From assembly GCA_965198875.1 (NCBI GenBank), contig CBDAPU010000001.1, forward strand, positions 495,134 through 559,133: 64,000 nt of DNA, in the 5' to 3' direction. Source of the stretch: Gammaproteobacteria bacterium. Lineage in GTDB: Bacteria; Pseudomonadota; Gammaproteobacteria; Eutrophobiales; Eutrophobiaceae. The translations under genes were made by a program, and so were the position numbers. This document shows positions 62,189 through 64,000 of this stretch, in pieces. Below the pieces are notes generated by a model that was given only the letters and a program-made list of their open reading frames with translations, had not been told where the DNA came from and searched no databases. Position 1 is the stretch's first letter. Each line of letters begins with the position of its first letter.

Positions 62189-63178
62189 CTAGTTCGGCGC
62201 CAGCATCTTAACCAGAGATGAGATGAATTTTTCCATAAGCGGTTTTTTTCTGACGAAGGTGATTTCATAAATATCGGCGAAGTCCACCGCCTCCGCCAGA
62301 TAATCATCACTGGTTTGCAGGGCGTCTACCAGGCCGAAATCCAATGCTCTTCTCCCATACCAGTGCTCACCGGTCGCTATTTTCTCAATGTCTACCCGTT
62401 CACGATGTTGCTTGACGAATTCTTTGAAAAGCTGGTGGGTCTCTTCTAGCTCGGATTTTAATTTCGCCCTCTCCTCATCGGTGTTCTCACCAAATAGCGA
62501 TAAAGTGCGTTTGTGTTTGCCGGCGGATATTTGCTCAAAGTCGATGTCGTGCCGCTTCAGCAATCTGTGGAAATTGGGGATCTGGGCCAGCACGCCGATT
62601 GAGCCGATAACGGCAAACGGCGCAGCAATGATATGATCGGCCACACAGGCCATCATATAACCACCACTGGCGGCCACCTCATCAACGGCGACGGTTAGCT
62701 TGATTTTTTTATTTTTAACCCGGATGAGTTGTGCGGCGGCCAGACCATAACCATGAACCGTGCCGCCGCCACTTTCCAGGATCACGACAACCTCATCTTC
62801 CGTTGTCGCCGTGGTCAGCACAGCGGAGATCTCCTCCCGTAACGAGCTGACCTCACTTGCCCGGATATCGCCTTTGAAATGGATGACGAAGATCCGCCGT
62901 CTGTCTTTATCTTCGGCTTTGCTCTGCGCCTTGTGTCTGCTCTCGATCTCCTTGACGGATTGATTAAAGGCCTTCTTTGGCAGTATGGCCGATTGCAACA
63001 TCAGTTGCATGTGTTCAAACTTTTGATTGATGTTTTTCACTTCCAGATGCTCATCGGCGCCTGCCCGGGCACGCGCCACGAGCATGGCCACGATAAAGGC
63101 CAGGGCCAGAAAGATGATAACAACCGTGGCGAACCGGGCCAGGAACATCCCGTATTCAGTAAGAAAATTAACCCACAT
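62189..63178 (-). CDS. sohB: protease SohB (peptidase S49)
   Basis: N-terminal TM helix. The S49 core has VAASGGYMMA and GSIGV. 329 aa. Confidence 0.85.
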   Translation of the reverse strand: MWVNFLTEYGMFLARFATVVIIFLALAFIVAMLVARARAGADEHLEVKNINQKFEHMQLMLQSAILPKKAFNQSVKEIESRHKAQSKAEDKDRRRIFVIHFKGDIRASEVSSLREEISAVLTTATTEDEVVVILESGGGTVHGYGLAAAQLIRVKNKKIKLTVAVDEVAASGGYMMACVADHIIAAPFAVIGSIGVLAQIPNFHRLLKRHDIDFEQISAGKHKRTLSLFGENTDEERAKLKSELEETHQLFKEFVKQHRERVDIEKIATGEHWYGRRALDFGLVDALQTSDDYLAEAVDFADIYEITFVRKKPLMEKFISSLVKMLAPN

Positions 63179-63567
63179 AGAAATATATCTCTCCCAGAGT
63201 TAGCGTTATGTTTCGTCTTATCCGTGCATGATAGCCGCAACCGGGCTCTTTTCTAGCGCCGTGCCCGGCACGTTCATGACTACACAATACGTTGCAGCAA
63301 TGGATTGTGTTGATTATGCCGAAAACAAGCCGACATGTCCTTGTAAAACCGCTCACTTGATGAGGATGACCTGAAATCAGAATAGCGGATCATAGGGCCA
63401 TGTTAGCATCACGCTTAAAAGCAAGGGCGTGTTTCTTTTCAAGTGACCGTGAAAAAATAAACGGCCCTGATCCACGTTAAGCAAAAAACCATGCCGATCA
63501 CTTCTGTAGTATTGGAGGGTTATTCGCTGTACTATCCTTCGGCTTGCCGCGCAAAACGCCATATTAG

Positions 63568-64000
63568 ATGAGATCCGCCGTCGATAAATTAAGGCCATTA
63601 TACCGTTCCCTGCCATTTTTATTGACCTATAAAGGCAGGTTATTGTTTGCCTTGTTGTGTCTGCTGATAGCGGCCATCGCCGCACTGGCTATGCCGGTCT
63701 CTATCAGGTATGTGATCGATTATGGTTTTTCCGATGAGCATGTGCAGTCCATTGATATCTACTTCATTGTGCTGCTGGTGTTGTCGCTCCTCTATGCCCT
63801 GTCCTCTTCATTGCGTTATTACACGGTGATGTGGATAGGTGAGCGGGTGGTTGCGGACATCCGCTCCGCCGTTTATCAACATGTGATCAAGATGGGCCCG
63901 ACGTTCTTTGAGGTGACCCGATCGGGCGAGGTGTTATCCCGGTTAACGAGCGATACCACGTTGGTGCAGTCCGTAGTCGGCGCCGGCCTGTCCATCGCCC
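63568..64000 (+). CDS. ABC exporter, fused permease/ATPase type (MsbA-like), 5' partial at the window end
   Basis: ATG 63568 MRSAVDKLRPLYRSLPFLLTYKGRLLFALLCLLIAAIAALAMPVSIRYVIDYGF...GERVVADIRSAVYQHVIKMGPTFFEVTRSGEVLSRLTSDTTLVQ is the typical ABC_membrane domain opening. The frame is open to the end of the window. Confidence 0.75.
   Translation, partial: MRSAVDKLRPLYRSLPFLLTYKGRLLFALLCLLIAAIAALAMPVSIRYVIDYGFSDEHVQSIDIYFIVLLVLSLLYALSSSLRYYTVMWIGERVVADIRSAVYQHVIKMGPTFFEVTRSGEVLSRLTSDTTLVQSVVGAGLSIA

Noticed and set aside
63377-63685. 102-aa minus-strand ORF
   Set aside because: It overlaps the clear N-terminus of the plus-strand ABC exporter (start 63568). It has no motifs and an odd composition.

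Overview
64-kb chromosomal segment, apparently from a gammaproteobacterium (an inference from gene content and E. coli-like gene order). GC looks to be in the low-to-mid 50s % by eye. About 60 genes are densely packed on both strands, nearly all core housekeeping. Conserved blocks: trpA-accD-folC-dedD-cvpA-purF; phaR-thiolase; lpdA-sucB-sucA divergent from gltA-mdh-rppH; mpl-LonN-RnfE-like-nth; an FHA/PP2C pair; fdxA-ABC-mutS; htpG; prmB-(sorAB-like)-aroC; an LplT-PlsC-Aas fusion; tldD; hom-thrC; recJ-prfB-lysS; cspA plus an RRM protein; glxK-avtA; sohB. I recognised no rRNA, tRNA, CRISPR array, transposase, integrase or prophage gene. The main candidate system is at 51.9-55.0 kb. It is a Sec-signal-bearing precursor peptide built from EGKCGEG(K/R)CG repeats (10 Cys), followed by a DUF692/MNIO enzyme, a DUF2063 partner and a DoxX membrane protein. 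This looks like an MbnBC-like RiPP metallophore locus. Other points: (1) single-base frameshifts interrupt trpA, accD and aroC, which could be real decay or assembly error. (2) The LplT-PlsC-Aas fusion has a degenerate adenylation domain cut off at the hinge. (3) A lone Cys-poor RnfE-like gene sits beside nth. (4) A low-GC HNH nuclease gene lies directly behind sigma32-type htpG. (5) SorAB-like sulfite dehydrogenase genes are wedged between prmB and aroC. (6) There is a 9-bp x5 tandem repeat and a ~135-nt inverted-repeat element. All family calls rest on motif recognition by eye; no searches were run.
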